This document shows, in pieces, positions 35,016 to 49,341 of a DNA stretch of 64,000 nucleotides. Position 1 is the first letter of the stretch. Each line of letters starts with the position of its first letter. The stretch comes from Lingula anatina (Eukaryota; Animalia; Brachiopoda). Location of the stretch: contig CM120640.1 of the NCBI GenBank assembly GCA_051362555.1, forward strand, positions 70,410,788 through 70,474,787, written 5' to 3'. A program made the translations under genes and the position numbers. The notes under the pieces are model-generated. The model saw only the letters and a list, made by a program, of their open reading frames with translations. It did no database searches and was not told the origin of the DNA.

Positions 35016-38000
35016 CGAAATCTAGAGACTAGGCAAATTATTATACTTGTTCCATTATTGAAAAGAGTTAAACTGGACAGACTGTATTGTATAAGGTATT
35101 GATTGTTTAAGGCAAGATAAAATTTATAGTGTAGTATTCAGTAGCCTTGGAGCCTGGAGCACTGAATTGTTCACAAGATGGATGCCGTCATCAAATTGAC
35201 GTTTCATGAGTTATGCAATTAAAGATTGAGACACATTTTCCAATGGTATTCTAGACTAGGTGCCCCTTTGCTGGTTTGACATGCTGTGTCTTCTCAATGG
35301 TGAATAAAATATTACAATTATTTCGCGTTGGCTGTGATTTACTCCCATTGTGATGGTAAGCCAGGCGTTGTTTTGTCTCGGGTTGCCTTGGAGGTTTACT
35401 AACTCAGAAGAGTGCAGTGTGTAACGAGAGAATGTGTTTGAGCTTTATGAGAGTTGGCGATGGGTTACCAATAGCTTCGTGATACTGCATTATGAAAGGA
35501 TTAGATGGGAATGAACTTGACCACACTGTATATGATTACTAGTGTTGTTATAACCTATGAATATTACAATTTCTAACCACAGGGATATCGTAGAATCCCC
35601 CAACTACCAGTCGCCTCCATCTAATGTAGCTAAGACATTATATTATACATGTGGATGCAATGTGCAAGCCTTCTCGTAATTTCTTGTTCCACTTCATTTT
35701 TGTGTGATCTTTTAAACACAGCTCCTTGTTTACATGAAAGTTGAGAGAATTTAAAATGCAAAGCAGTACACTGAAGCTGCAGCGTCTTTACTGTAGCGAT
35801 TTTGAATTAGGGGAAGAGTGTTTTCCAAAATTCTTTCTCTTTATAAAAATCTAAATAATACATCGTAAACTCAGTCGATGTCGCATGCTGCAGTTTACAT
35901 AAGAATAAATGTGGTCTCTTCGCTTAGTGGCAGTTCTTAGTTAATAAAATGAATATAGGAGACTTGAATGAATAAACATGAGGATGATATTTGCCAAAAA
36001 ATGCCTATGCGCGATTTAAAGAATATATTGATAATGTAACAGATTCCTTAAACGAACACTGACAGCACTCTGGGTGACGGAGTAACAGCAAGATCTCGAT
36101 CTCTATTCAATTTATTACCGCATTATACAGTGTTTAAATTTGAAACAGCATAATATAGATAAGTGTGATTGTTGATCTTGTATTAGTCCTATCTGGACAT
36201 GCCTTACGCATGCGGGCTTCTTTGTTTTAAAGTATTAAGGATGGGCAGTTGTGATGTATGTTACGTAACCTGTACTTTGCAGCAATTCTACCTGTACTGA
36301 CTTGATTACCACGAGGCTGATCATCAGGTGGTCCACATCCGCGTGCTGCACGTGGCGCCGTTTGCGCATGCAGTGATGACATTAAGGTGATTTGTGCCCG
36401 TAGAGAATTGCACACAAGACCTGTTGTCGTATAATCAGAGTGAGCTTGCTTTACCTGGTAATTGTGGAAATGTCGAATAGACCAAGGCCTGTAATTAAGT
36501 TGATTAGAAGCGCTTCACGTTTAGAGCAGCGACTAACGTTTCTGTCACGAGTCGTGGTGTCCTTGTCGGAAATGATATCTGAAAGTATGATTAATGCAAT
36601 GGACTGAGCTGACAGTTCTCATTTGTGTGCGAATTTGAATAGAAGTAAATTATAACTGATCATCTGAAATGTCGATTACGGCCAGCTGTGTACAGCAGCT
36701 CTAACATCAACGACGACCACTTATTGTCTTGGTTGCGTTTTTACATAGATAAAGGCAAGCCCTGGTGTATTTGACCTTGTTTTGAAACTGACTGGAATCC
36801 AACTTATCCAAAATACCTGAGTTCGCGAACATTATAGCAAGATTTTTCGTAGCCCCAATTTACGAGAACACACTAGTGCAACACTTGTGGTCATTTTATA
36901 CATTCTCTCAGTACCCTGGCCTCCAAACGGCCAACAGAATACGGCTTTACAGTATGAAGAATTGCAAGTGAACTAGTGTTAAAGTTGATAAGATGGTTAA
37001 AGAGCACGACCGCCCCTAATTTTGAAGAAATCGAGTATTTTTGCACCTACCTTTTTATTTTTTAATTATTAGCGCATGTATTAATTGATATATTAATTTT
37101 TAATCTATTTATTTTATTTTCAAATGAAAAAATACATTATGGATTGATTTGGTAAGTGCGAGAAGTTGACAATTTGCCCCAGTAAAAGCTCTTAATGCCG
37201 TTGTTTTTATGCTCTTAGATCGCACTCAGCTGACTAGGTTTGACATTGCTATCCCTTAAGAAAAAATAAACGACTTACCCTAACATTTAGCCGTTAACAT
37301 CATGTCAAAAAACAATAAAATAAATTTCGTCCACCGTCCCTGTTCATCAATTTTGTTGTCTTATTTTTAATTTTGTTAAGTTTATAATCATGTCTTTATT
37401 CGTGTTTTGGACTCAAAATTCTCCTCCTCTTAAAGAATATAATACTAAATCCGGGATTATTTTTCATCTGTCGCGTATTCCTGCGACACGCGTCAGAGTG
37501 CCAGTATTCTGTATGTAGTGACGTCTACAACACCACTAGCAGTCCGGGAGTAAATAAGATGGATATGTACTCCAAGCTGGGCAAGCAAATAGAAAAAAAA
37601 GGGGTGTTACGTCTTCATACAATTTGGTGAACACGCATAACATGTTATTTGCTCACGAGTGCGAGCAGGTGTTTTTTAGCAGGACTGAATAAGTTGTGTC
37701 CAAAAGTTTGTTAACTCTTCTCTGTTTATGAACTTTTCGCGACAGAACTTCACGAAATTTTTAGACAACTTGTACAACGTAATGAAGACATGCGACAAGA
37801 AAGTTAACCCATCAGACATTCGCCCGTATTAATAAGAACCACGCGAAGCGATCTCTTGAATCACGACACCAGCACTTAGGACTATATATATATATTTATA
37901 TTAAGAACAGAGTCCAAGCTTCTCTCCCAGACAGTCTCTATAAAGAGTCTTTGTGCACATCAACAAGGCTGACTTCAGCCAACCAAGAGACATAATAATT

Positions 38001-40705
38001 CATTACAAAAGACATCTATTTCTTGGTAGAATTTGAAAGGAGTGGCACCATTCATAACCCGTACCATGAATATCTTAGCAGAGTCTGTCCACCCAAGAAA
38101 GAAATAAAAATACTTGATCTTTTTGTCCGTATGTAGAATGCACTAGACAAGGTCTGAGAAATTATAAATTTCCCTTCTTCTCTGTGTGCGGGTATATAAA
38201 TACTCGACAGATTTACGGCTTGAATATTCAAATACTTTATTTAGAATGCGCTGTGTGACCGGAGACAACACGTGCTGCACGGTATTAACCAGCGTGGAAG
38301 ACAGACATTCAACAGCAGAACCCACTTATACAGTTAACCGCAAAAATTATCACTTTCACTTGCAAAATCGTTAAAAAAAATGAAGCAATGAACAGTTATT
38401 TGACATACTAGTGTTAAAGGGATTTCGCCCTAATTTTCATCCATTTTTATCATTTCTGTTTTATCATTATCCCGCTTAATATTAGGATGTAACATATAAT
38501 GTTAAACCTAGCTTAAACCGAGAGCGAGTGACAGACGTGAAAGAAGCCGGATATTCTGTGTTAAAGCACAAAACGGAATGCTCGAACACATTACAAAACA
38601 CGGTTCTCGGCTATAAAACTATGATCAAGCATCCTTAATGTAAGCTGTATTAGCTATTATCGGCCGGAGTAAGAGCCCATCCTGCAGTAGTGTTGACTCG
38701 CGTCCTTATCACCTGATACTACCGTGAGAGGAGGACAGACGGGGGATAATAGGCGGCCGTCTAGCGTTCCCAAGCCTCGCCGCACTGATGTTTGGGGACA
38801 TGCTGTCGTTATCCTGGTTAGAGATAACATTTAAAGAGGGTAGGGGAATGGATATTAAGTTAAGATCTTTTTCACAAATTAAAACGCGATAACGTTTGGG
38901 GACACTCCACAGTTATTGACTGCGTCTATTTTTGCTTTCCTCCGGGTGCGTTTTAACCCTTACTATCTGTGGTAAAGCTTTTTTTTTTTTTTTTTTGTAA
39001 CCTTGATGCAAAATAGCTGGGTATCGGGGCATCCTTGCGTGAAACAGTTGGAGAACTGAACGAAAACAAATGTCTTGTATGACATTAACTGCCTCCATTT
39101 CAAGTGTTTGTTCTCGTAAGTGGCAGTTGCGAGTGTTGTTACCTGGGCAATAGCGGTGAACATGTTATTCTGTATAACAATACGTTAGGGGGGGAGCTTG
39201 CTGTGGTTAGTACGCAGAGGGAATATTTTAAACAACTTGTTGTAGAGAAAATAGTAAATCAAGAGATTTTAACACTGGAGTGATGAATCCACTGCATGTA
39301 CTGAACAATCACATCGTTGTGAAAGATTCCAGCTTTAAGTTTATCCATAGACAAACAACGCTTAGATTAGTTTTGTTTTCCGCAAACACGCGGCCAGAGA
39401 TCGTATTGTTTCGGGTCCAATGTTCGCCGTTTTATCCATCTGATTGGACAGCAAATTCTCCTGTGATAATGTATACTTGGCTCAGCTGTAAAGTCTTTGC
39501 ACACACTACAACCCACAGTCAAGAGGTCAAACTGGCAGAAAATTTAGCTTTGTAACAGCGACAGCTCGAATTAATGCAAAAAGGATGAGATAACGTGTAA
39601 AGAAAATGTAAAATTTAATTCGAATTTTTTTTTTTTTTTTTTTTTTTGCATGTTCTGCAGTTTGGGGATTTACTCTCTATTATACATTCATTGTGAGTTA
39701 AGGGTCTCGTTTAGTAGGTTGGTTTTAACTGGTGAACTCCGTTTTTGTGTCATCATTGCACGTGTCAGCAGACCAATTTCTACTGGTAAACTTGGCGTGC
39801 AGGTATGAATGGCCTGATCTAGTACACTATGTAGAAGGGCGGAATGTCTGACAAATGAGACCTTGTGCATGAACTTGTATAAATCTCTTTTTTTGCACCG
39901 TTGATTTTGGTATGCTTCACTCGTTATTATCTCATGTGCATCTACCGCAGTAGCGAATCGCTTCGGTACACTGGGATAAATCACCCAAGCCGACTTGAAC
40001 ACATTTTCCGGCCTCTTAATTTCCAGCGACATGTTATTATTTGGCATTTGGCCATCGATTGTCCATTTGGTAAAACAATCACTGTATTTTGCCTTACTAC
40101 TTATTAACTTGAGAAGCAAATACGTCTGAAAGTATTTCGCTGACAATGACAGCGTGAGGACGAGCCCATATTTTGGACTCAACGTGTGTCATCGCTGTCA
40201 CCATGGAGATTATCACGATCTGGCATGCACGCTCCACAGGTGCTGAACGCGTCTTCAGTCCCTGTAGCCCGTCTCGTTTAATTACCCACTGGTAACTGAA
40301 GTAATTGTTCACTAGATATCATCAACGCACTGGTCGCGGATAGATGCCTATCTTTAGAGCGTCTCGTTCTTTCTCTGTATTTGAACTTTATTTATTTTTA
40401 AATATGTTCAAAATGCAACGAGAATCTGTTCGTACCACGATATCACCCGCCTATTGTGAGGGGTGTAAATGTGTCATCTATCTTCTAAGCACAATACTTG
40501 CTATTGACATCTACGGGTATTTGGGTTGTCTGTGCATCGCCTGAAGTACTAACTGGAGTGTCATGACCAGTTGAGATAGAACTACACGTGTGTATTTTAT
40601 ACTGCTTTGTACAGACTGAGATTTCGAAAAGAATAACCAAATCTCTTTGTATACTTTTCGCTTGCGGTTTGACGTTTGTGATGTTTACGACAGCTGATTC
40701 AGTAA

Positions 40706-40928
40706 TACCCCCTTTACACTGGACGGCGTCCTTTCTGCGTCCTTTCTGCGACCATGAAATTTGGCATCGCTGTGGTCTTAAAAAGGAGGCACGAGCATTA
40801 ATTTTGTATCAGAATGAATGCTCAATGATCGGCCAGTTGTCGACACGTAAAATATTACAATTTTTTAACTCTCAAATGGGACCGGACTGCTGGACGCAGA
40901 AAGGACGCCGTCCAGTGTAAAGGGGGCT
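40706..40928. mobile_element. PIF/Harbinger-like MITE
   Basis: 35-bp perfect TIR CCCCCTTTACACTGGACGGCGTCCTTTCTGCGTCC and its inverse, with TAA on both flanks (40703-40705, 40929-40931). Confidence 0.8.
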
Positions 40929-42073
40929 TAACCGGCTGTGTAGAGCTGATAACAAAGCGACCAACGATAAATCCCAACTTAAACGATAAACACGTGACTT
41001 TCACTTGCGAGTTTATTACATATTCTATCATTGTCTTCCCCATTACAATATCATAATTACGACACCTGAATTCTTAATGATTTCAAAATTGCTACAGATA
41101 CACATCTTCAACACAAACAAAAGAACAATCCACTAATGGAATCTGCCGGGCCCCACGTGGCGGTGGTTTCACCCCAGGACGCACCGGGTTTATTTGGAGG
41201 TCTTGGCTGCTGCTTCTTCACAGGTAACGAACGCAAACAACGTGCGGCTACCGGTAATATATCTATTCTTTCTCGCCTTGGTCAGAATTAAAACTAGTTT
41301 GGGGAAATAAATCAAGGTTAAGAGCCGCCGCCATGGTTTCACAGCTCACATCAAAAGCATCCGTCAAACTACCGTGAATCCATTAAGTATGATGGAGTAA
41401 CTTCCACTGAACGCCTTCTGTACGCTTATTTCTTTAAAATAACACCCTTATTAAAGTATATTAAAATTGAAGCACATTTGTTAAAATTTGCACTATAATT
41501 ACAAATATAAATACATTTACAATAAAACAAAAGATATTCAAAATAGAAAATAATTCCCTTAGCATGTACAACTGTATAATACACGTGAACATTTCTTGCG
41601 CGCTTTGGAGGGCGTTTTATATGAAGCGATGAGCATGAATAAACGTACGGATAAGTCAGAAGCACAGGCTCGGCCCGCTCTCCATTCCTCGTGAGCCAGC
41701 ATAACCTAGATAATCAGCAGTCTTAGCTGGCATACAGGTGAGGTAGTAGAGTTACAACACACGTCAAAATATGCTTCAGCTTACTAGACTGGCCCCCAGT
41801 GTCGACATGGTGTATATTATGTGTATGTCAATTGTGTTGAACTTACGTGAAATCCATACTTTATACAAAGGGCAACGCGACTCAGTCGACCTTGGCGTCA
41901 GAACATAAAAGTGGAGTGAAAAAAATATACAGTTTAGTCTTACATCCTGTTCGGCTGTCCTACTACTAGATATGTCGCAAACAAACCCATTGCTAAGTCA
42001 GTGTGTTTAAAAAAGTTTTTTTTAATGTTAGTCATCTTACAATTGATTCGAGACGGTGCCCTTGAATGGTATA

Positions 42074-43030
42074 CTATGCTTCCATTGCTTTTCTTGTCTC
42101 ACTCTGTTCTCTTTTTAATTTTTCTAGCTGACTGATAGCAACGTCAACCAACATGTGAAAACAACTGAATAAATCGTCCTTGTCATGTTTGGGGTCCACC
42201 TTTGTGATACTATTGTTGTTATTGTTTACCTGGGCCCTGTTTGTTATCTGTGGAGTTGAACTACCCAGATTAAAGTTCATGTTCCCTTGTTGTTGCTCTG
42301 ATTGTTCTCGATATCTCTGCCATTCAGATGTGATCGCAGGATAACTGAGAACAGCGGCAGAAGAGTTAATGTAGTCATAATAACGCATCTTTGATGCCAC
42401 GGTATTAGAATACTCTTTGTCTGAAATGTTCACAGACACCAGGTTAGCATACGCTGAAGTCGACGTTTCCATGGCAACATGCCGGTATTTGGATTCCGTG
42501 TCTGTCACGTTGCAGGCTGATAGGGGAGACGGGGGCGGTGAACCAGGCGATATGACAGCATCAATGGGGGACTCAACACACGGGGATGGGGGGTCGCTCA
42601 GTGAGGCTGGGGAGGGTGAATTTCGCGAAGAACCAGAATACGAGTCAAAGTCTGAAGATTCCGAAAGTCTGCGCTTCTTGCTCTCGTTGCCGATCTGTCT
42701 GGTATGTCTGTGCTTTCTTGTGATAGTGTACTGCAAGGGGTCTTGTCCATCACGCTTAATCATGTCAGGTAAAATTCTCCTGCGTGCGTTAATAAACCAA
42801 TTGCACACCTGAAGGACTGTCAGATTGGCCTCCTTTGACAACAGCATCTTCTCCTGATCTGTGGGGTAGGCATTGTAGCGATGGTTGAACAGCCAACTTT
42901 TTAAGACACGGACGGACTCTTTGGGGAGGTTTCCACGGCGGCGTTTATTTCGTAATATACTCCCATCGGCGCCCTTTCTCGGGAAGTCGTCCTCGTCGCC
43001 GGAACTGTCCCCGCTGCTGTTGTCCCACAT
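42074..43030 (-). CDS. TGIF: TGIF-family TALE homeobox transcriptional corepressor, 318 aa, single coding exon
   Basis: Homeodomain [33 protein letters not shown]...[15 protein letters not shown] has the TGIF-diagnostic AYP loop. It is followed by the conserved [10 protein letters not shown] extension and a C-terminal FHMLVDVA Sin3-interaction-like motif. Acceptor at 43047; upstream non-coding exon donor after 43508. Confidence 0.93.
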   Translation of the reverse strand: MWDNSSGDSSGDEDDFPRKGADGSILRNKRRRGNLPKESVRVLKSWLFNHRYNAYPTDQEKMLLSKEANLTVLQVCNWFINARRRILPDMIKRDGQDPLQYTITRKHRHTRQIGNESKKRRLSESSDFDSYSGSSRNSPSPASLSDPPSPCVESPIDAVISPGSPPPSPLSACNVTDTESKYRHVAMETSTSAYANLVSVNISDKEYSNTVASKMRYYDYINSSAAVLSYPAITSEWQRYREQSEQQQGNMNFNLGSSTPQITNRAQVNNNNNSITKVDPKHDKDDLFSCFHMLVDVAISQLEKLKREQSETRKAMEA

Positions 43031-43507
43031 GCTTCAGTTGTCGTGAACTGTGAACAAACAACACGTTGCTGGATAAACTCATTAAAACTGAGGCCATATT
43101 TAAGGGGTTTCAAACAATTCAAAGAGTGTACAGCTTTTATTAAGCGGGCTTCAATCCCTACAGGTAGATCGTAAAAGCCAATCTAAAATCATCCGCGGTC
43201 ATAACGACAAGACTGTACCCTTCACCGCCGTGCTCCAGGTCAGTGAAAGGGCTATTTAACTTATTTGTATACCAACTTAACCTCTGAGCTATTAAAATTC
43301 ACTTCGAGATACTTCCCTTTAACTTAAAACACAGGTTACGAGCAGCACATTCAACCCAGACTATTGAAAACACATGAAAGCGGAAGCCACTCATACACGA
43401 CCTGTTGTTGAACGGCGGCTGACTTCTCCCGCATGCAACAGTTGACATCAGAAAACATACGGTGGAAATGTCAAACTTTAAGACCCGATGAGAGAGAAAT
43501 TGCTTAC

Positions 43508-43780
43508 CTTGATACCGCTTTGTCTAACGTTGAACGACGTCTGGTGTTACTATTTCGTAATTCCAATTGTAAAATCTTGATATTCTGAAGGGAATTTAGT
43601 AGAATTCCGTGAACTTTAACAGAGCACGTGGTGCTAGCTTCCCAACGCTCCCTTCTCAGTCTGGTGTAGTATTAACGTTTGACAGCTGAGGCGACCACGT
43701 GGTTCATGCCGGTTGTAGAATTAGTCGAGCTTACTTCCGTGTGAGGGGGGTAAGGTTGTGCTACAACTGTCAAATCGCAC
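43508..43780 (-). promoter_or_regulatory. Probable TGIF 5' UTR exon and proximal promoter
   Basis: Donor AAG|GTAAGC. E-boxes CACGTG at 43625 and 43696, TGACAGCT at 43680, ETS-like ACTTCCG at 43733, CTGTCA at 43767. Confidence 0.5.
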
Positions 43781-45646
43781 CACCTGAGCTCCAAAAAGCA
43801 GCTTCCCTAACAAACTGATTCTAAGATTGTAGTATCAATAAAAAATAGAAACTCTAAACATTCTATAGCAACAGTTTAAGTTTTCTAGACATTATATTTG
43901 GAATATTCTGACTTTTGACATTTGTAGTTCCCCCCTTCAAAATGACGTCGGTTAATCAACCCGCATAAAGTGGCCATCCAATCGCTTTCTGCCACTCCGC
44001 CGCTTTAACTGACTGATCAAACACTCCACGAACCCTGAACGAATTCTGTAAATAGACTGGTAAATGTGACAGATAGAAACAATGGGGTAATCAAAGCTAC
44101 ACGGCTTCCTCCAGTGAGACGTCATCTTGTTTGGTAGCGCATACCTTTAAAATGGACAACATCAGATAATGGGTGCACTAATGATAGGTTCACAAGTGAT
44201 GAAGACGACAGATACTTTGGTATCTTCTCCCATTAGTAATGATACGAATACATTCAAAACAGAGCCGAAATTAGTCTAAGTAGGCGCTTTAAACAACTGG
44301 GTATGATCGCGTAGTTAGATAAACTTGTTGCTACAACTTGCGACACGATCACTCGTCCCGAACACGATATCGTGTAGGCCGCGTTGTAAGACATCAAAAA
44401 TGAGACAGAAGTCATCTTTGTCAATAAGTCCTTGTTATTTCATCCTCTGCGACAGCTGTGCAGTATCTAGATTCGCATTAAAGGGTTAAAATTATTCGTA
44501 GGGTTCTGTTAATGACATTCAGCAGATTTTTATCGTGGTGCAAACTATGTAAATAACGTCAAAACCTGTTTCAACATCTCTGTACGGTCTCGGTATCGGG
44601 TCAGTAAGCTGACATCAACTTCGTCTTTTTTATTTATTCAGTAGATCAGGTAGAAACACCACCGTGCATGTCTGCCGCTGCATATCCGACCTGCACTGAA
44701 AGAGGTCATATTCATGAGAGGGGCGGGCTAACAACTGAGGCTTGGCAGACAAACAAACTGATAATGTTGTATTAATAGAGACCGTTAGCTCGGATTTACT
44801 CATGATTCAAGCTTGTTTTTCTTGGGCATTGGGACTTGCGGACGGTTTACAGAATTCGCTGAAATCTGCTGTACGCGTGTATTTATCAAAAACACAAAGC
44901 TGTTTGCTTTACAAGTGCAGGAGTTTGAACGCTAATCTTGGCACAATGCGAAAACTGATGGCGGGCTTTTCACTTTCAGTTCACTTCACCTCACTTTGAT
45001 ACAACTCTGTTGTTACTTAAACTAAGATGAGAAAGCCGAATGACCCTTTCCACTACTTATTTGTTTATTATGAGTGGCGGTACAAATAAAACACGAACAG
45101 AGGGTGTACGCCGTGTGACACTTAACTTCCGGCGGTGCATAAATAAATACAGCTCGCAAAGGATTCGACCTAAAACCTATCTCTTACGAAATATTACTCA
45201 AGATGGTATAGCTCAGGTCTGTCAGCGGTCTTATTTGCATGTTTTATATCTTTGTTTACTCGGCCGGACCTGGCTGACGTGACGTCAACTCCACGGTTGA
45301 CGGCGCAGATTTCTGAAGCGGAAAGGGACACAAATGTGGAGGAAAGAAAACGCGTCCGGTTTTCGTGGAACAGTCCACCAGTACATATGCACTGGCCAGA
45401 GGATGAGTAGCGTTCCCTCAGCTACATCCTCTTGATGTTATCCGTTAGTTTTTTTTTTTTTTTGTTTTTTTTTTTGATGGCGGGTATCGTACGTACGTCT
45501 TCCTTCCTCGACACAGCTTCAAAACCGTTTGTCTCACTGTTCAGGACATAGAAATGATTCATTCCTTAACATTACCTATTATGCCAAACATAATATGCTT
45601 TGCAAGATTTCCCCTCGATTATTGAGGTATTGATAAAAACAGACCT

Positions 45647-45647
45647 T

Positions 45648-45694
<47 letters not shown>

Positions 45695-45697
45695 TTA
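45647..45697. repeat. (TTTA)n microsatellite
   Basis: Direct reading of the sequence. Confidence 0.9.
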
Positions 45698-47737
45698 TCT
45701 TTTTGTGCAAGAGCAAAAATTAAAGCGTTGGAAGTAACGTCAGATTTGAAAATTCGTATTACTATTGTTACACAACATGATATAATCAAATGATGATGTT
45801 TAAAACCCATCATTACAGAGGTGTAGGATACAAGGCCCCTCGTGTCACGGTGCCATAACACAGGGTGATTACAGGGACGTGGAAAAATGAGTTTGTTGGA
45901 GGCAGTCTGCCACAGTCATTTGTCTGCCGTCAACTGTGGGGAACAGAAAGTACATTTTGATTGATGATAAACGCTTCAAAATGCTGTTAAGAATTATCAA
46001 AATGTAGGTTATTTAAAATACCCATAACGCTTTTTAAAAGTGTCTTGAAATGAAAATCCCGGAAGAAAAATTGTCCCCTTCCTCTACCCCCTATCAATGG
46101 CACATCCCCTAGTGACACCTCTATTGTTGCCAGGATCGTGACAGTTATCAGTGTCAGATGTCAGACGAGGACTTTTCACAATCTTCTCATTTCTCGCATT
46201 TTGTTCCTTATCCCTGGCACCCTTTGGTGGGTTCCATCTTTTCATTTGTTTGGTCCTTCTAGTAGTTCTTCATTGCTGAGTACCGCAGTATAAGCATCGG
46301 TTACTGGATAGAGTCACAGCAGGACAGATAACAGTAGTCAGTCATTACAGAGAAATTAAGTTTAAAGGGTTTATTTGAATCATAAGAACGCCAACCCCAC
46401 CAGAGTACGAAAGATGCCTACTTTAACTGCGAGCACCTGTGCCGGCGCAGCCTACCTAACCACTCCCACGTGGACTCACACGCGAGTTGGTAAACAATTT
46501 GGTCAGATCAAAGCTGCATTATATATCAAGTAGTGTGGTGTGTGTACATAAGCGAGGTGGTGTGATAAAATGAATGAAAAGATACCCAAGTAGCTTAGTT
46601 GAGGGGGTCCTATCATATAGTAAACAACACAGAGGGGGAGGGAACAGACGGGAGCATATGCTTCTATCCCACAGCGATTTCCCAAATACAGGTGCATGCT
46701 CATTAGAATTAAGTTTAATTATTTATTAATCATTTACTTAAATATATATATATATTTTTTTTCTGTTGACCTTCAGCTTTCTAGGGAAACTTCTGACAAA
46801 TGCCATAACAGCCTTTTATTACCAGTAATGCAAAACTGCGACACTTTCAGAATGTGTAATCGCAGAGTTTATTATGTTGAGAGAATTTATAGCCCCTTAA
46901 TAATGAGACGACATTTAAATACTTTATCCAAAAGCCTTAACTCATCAACATATACATGGTAGCTAGCCTGAGGCAGTCGCAAATTTGATTTTATTGTCTT
47001 TTTATGGTTTAAGTACACATTGTATTTAAGGGGATAGTACATGTAAGTAAGTGTAAGCTGAACACACAGGGTATTTTCGGACCTCCACTTGTTGCGTTCA
47101 CACGAATCCTCGACAGTTGTCTTAAGTTTCGCTCTGTGAACAGACAAAACAAACCCCTACTGCACGCGTTCACACCGCTGAGCACACTTAACCATTTAAC
47201 GCGCGGTGTCTGCGTTCCTACCAAAAGGAATGGATGTTGTTATGGCTTTTGCCGGTGGCGGCTATTTTTGACAAATCACAAACACCAAAATATGATGAGT
47301 GAGCTCAGGACGTGAACCCGAAAGTCTTGTCCCTGACCCTGACTGACCTTTGGGAAATAATTTACACGGACGGCTAATGAATCGCGGTTGACCAGTGGTG
47401 TGGTCAAATTAGGCTGGTCCGGCGATAGAAAAGTTCTAAATACTGAAACAACGCCAGTAAATTAAACGCTTAGACAACTTTCATTTTGTATTTCAGCATT
47501 TATTCAAATAGTTTTCAGTCCCAATATAGCGGCACGATTTCGTTAACTTAAAAATGTCTGCACGTTTTCTGCAATCGTCTTGATAAAATATTTGAGAGCA
47601 GTCTATACGGACTTGTTAGACTTATGAAGGGTCTGTGTTCACCTACAAATACAATGTATGCCGAGGTTCAAATTTAACACAGCGTCAAGGATCTGATTGA
47701 TAACGAGTGATATGAACCTTGCTATCGGTCCAGTAAA

Positions 47738-48788
47738 CCTAGGTACCATGGCCCATAGGAGCCTACGCGTGCGTCTTTTAGACGCCCCTTTACATGCGAA
47801 AACGACAAGGCCTATGCCGAGTTCGTCTTTTACTACAGAGCTTTGAGAGCCGAAAATGGCATGGCTGTGTCTCTTTCGCCACTTACTGAACTCCACAGAT
47901 GCGAGATTGACACGACCCATGTCGCGTTTGTCTCTCAAAAGACACTGTTATAAAACATGAAATAGGCATTACGTGTGATTTTCGCAGCTGAATAAGTAGA
48001 CCCTTATAAACGAAGTTGACGTGACCTTAGAGTCATGTCGCTTTCAACTTTTACAAACCTCCAACAAAATCTATCTCCACACAGACGCGCGCGACATGTA
48101 CTATTTGATATGGGTCAGTTGAAAGCGACATTAACCTAAATGGCTCATGTTACTTTCAGCCAATTAATTTGAAACAGAAGGACCGTCTTAAACCCCTTTA
48201 TATTTGAATCCTTGAAAATAAAAATATGAGGCCATATAATTATTACAAGCAATTAGCCACACTGTTATCTAGATAGCACTAAATTATGATGGGATTCAAA
48301 TGAAAAAAATGTTTTGGGACAGCACAGCATTGTTTCAAATTAATTGGATTTGACATATAAGAGTTGGCTGAAAGTAACATGAGCCCTTTAGGTTAATAGG
48401 GTTTCAACTGACCCATGTCCAATAGTACATGTCGCGCGCGTCTGTGTGGAGATAGATTTTGTTGGAGGTTTGTAAGAGTTGAAAGCGACATGACTCTCAA
48501 GTTACGTCAACTTCGTTTATAAGGGTCTACTTATTCAGCTGCGAAAATCACACGTTATGCCTATTTCATGTTTTATAACAGTGTCATTTGAGAGACGAAC
48601 GCGACATGGGTCGTGTCAATCTCGCATCTGTGGAGTTCAGTAAGTGGCGAAAGAGACACAGCCATGTCATTTTCGGCTCTCAAAGCTCTGTAGTAAAAGA
48701 CGAACTCGGCATAGGCCTTGTCGTTTTCGCATGTAAAGGGGCGTCTAAAAGACGCACGCGTAGGCTCCTATGGGCCATGGTACCTAGG
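47738..48788. mobile_element. 1.05-kb foldback (long-TIR) element
   Basis: Arms 47738-48162 and 48364-48788 (~425 bp) are near-identical reverse complements around a ~200-bp AT-rich spacer. The mirror ORFs 47639-47938(-) and 48588-48824(+) confirm the symmetry. Confidence 0.9.
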
Positions 48789-49080
48789 ATCCCCTATCCT
48801 ACATCGGAACCTAAAGTAAATTAGCCACGTTTGATTGAAAGAAGCTAAAGCCGTATAAGCAAAACAAGTTTTATTAATTCAATGCTTAGAAAACCGCACA
48901 TCTGAAGTATGACAAAGTGAAAGATGTCAAATGTTAACAACAGCTCGGTCACTGTCAAGGTAACCAAACAGGTTTATACATCACATTTCCACCTCAGAAA
49001 ACCCCATTATTTTGTTTTTTTTAATCATTTTTCCTTTGAAGATGGTTTGGCGCACATAACAGGTAAAAGATACACTTGTT

Positions 49081-49341
49081 CAGGGGCGGATCCAGGATTA
49101 TTTGAAGTGGGGGGGGATGTGAAGCCCCCCCCCACCCACCCACCCACCCACCCCCACCGGGCGTAGGGGTTGGGGCCCGCTAAAGGGCCCCGAAAATTTT
49201 TGATGTTTTAGAGGGCGAACGGTGCCATTTGGTACGGTTTAGAACTATGATTCAACTAGTCAAAATTTTAATTTTAAGAGGGGACCAGAAATCGAAGGGG
49301 GGGTTAAGACCCCCCTGACCCCCCCTCTAAATCCGCCACTG
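49081..49341. mobile_element. CAGGGGCGGAT-type MITE with 6-bp TSD
   Basis: caggggcggatcca ... aaatccgccactg, flanked by CTTGTT on both sides (49075-49080, 49342-49347). A partial sister copy lies at ~49535-49715. Confidence 0.75.

Noticed and set aside
42417-42812. 131-aa antisense ORF over TGIF
   Set aside because: Shadow frame of a Ser/Pro-rich coding region, with a non-ATG start.
47291-47346. ATGATGAG...CCCGAAAG and CTGA motifs (hammerhead- or C/D-box-like)
   Set aside because: The first core C is missing and there is no stem II. Too short and not intronic for a convincing C/D snoRNA.
47639-48824. Pair of near-identical ~80-99 aa ORFs on opposite strands
   Set aside because: Mirror translations of the foldback arms, with non-ATG starts and no recognisable domain.
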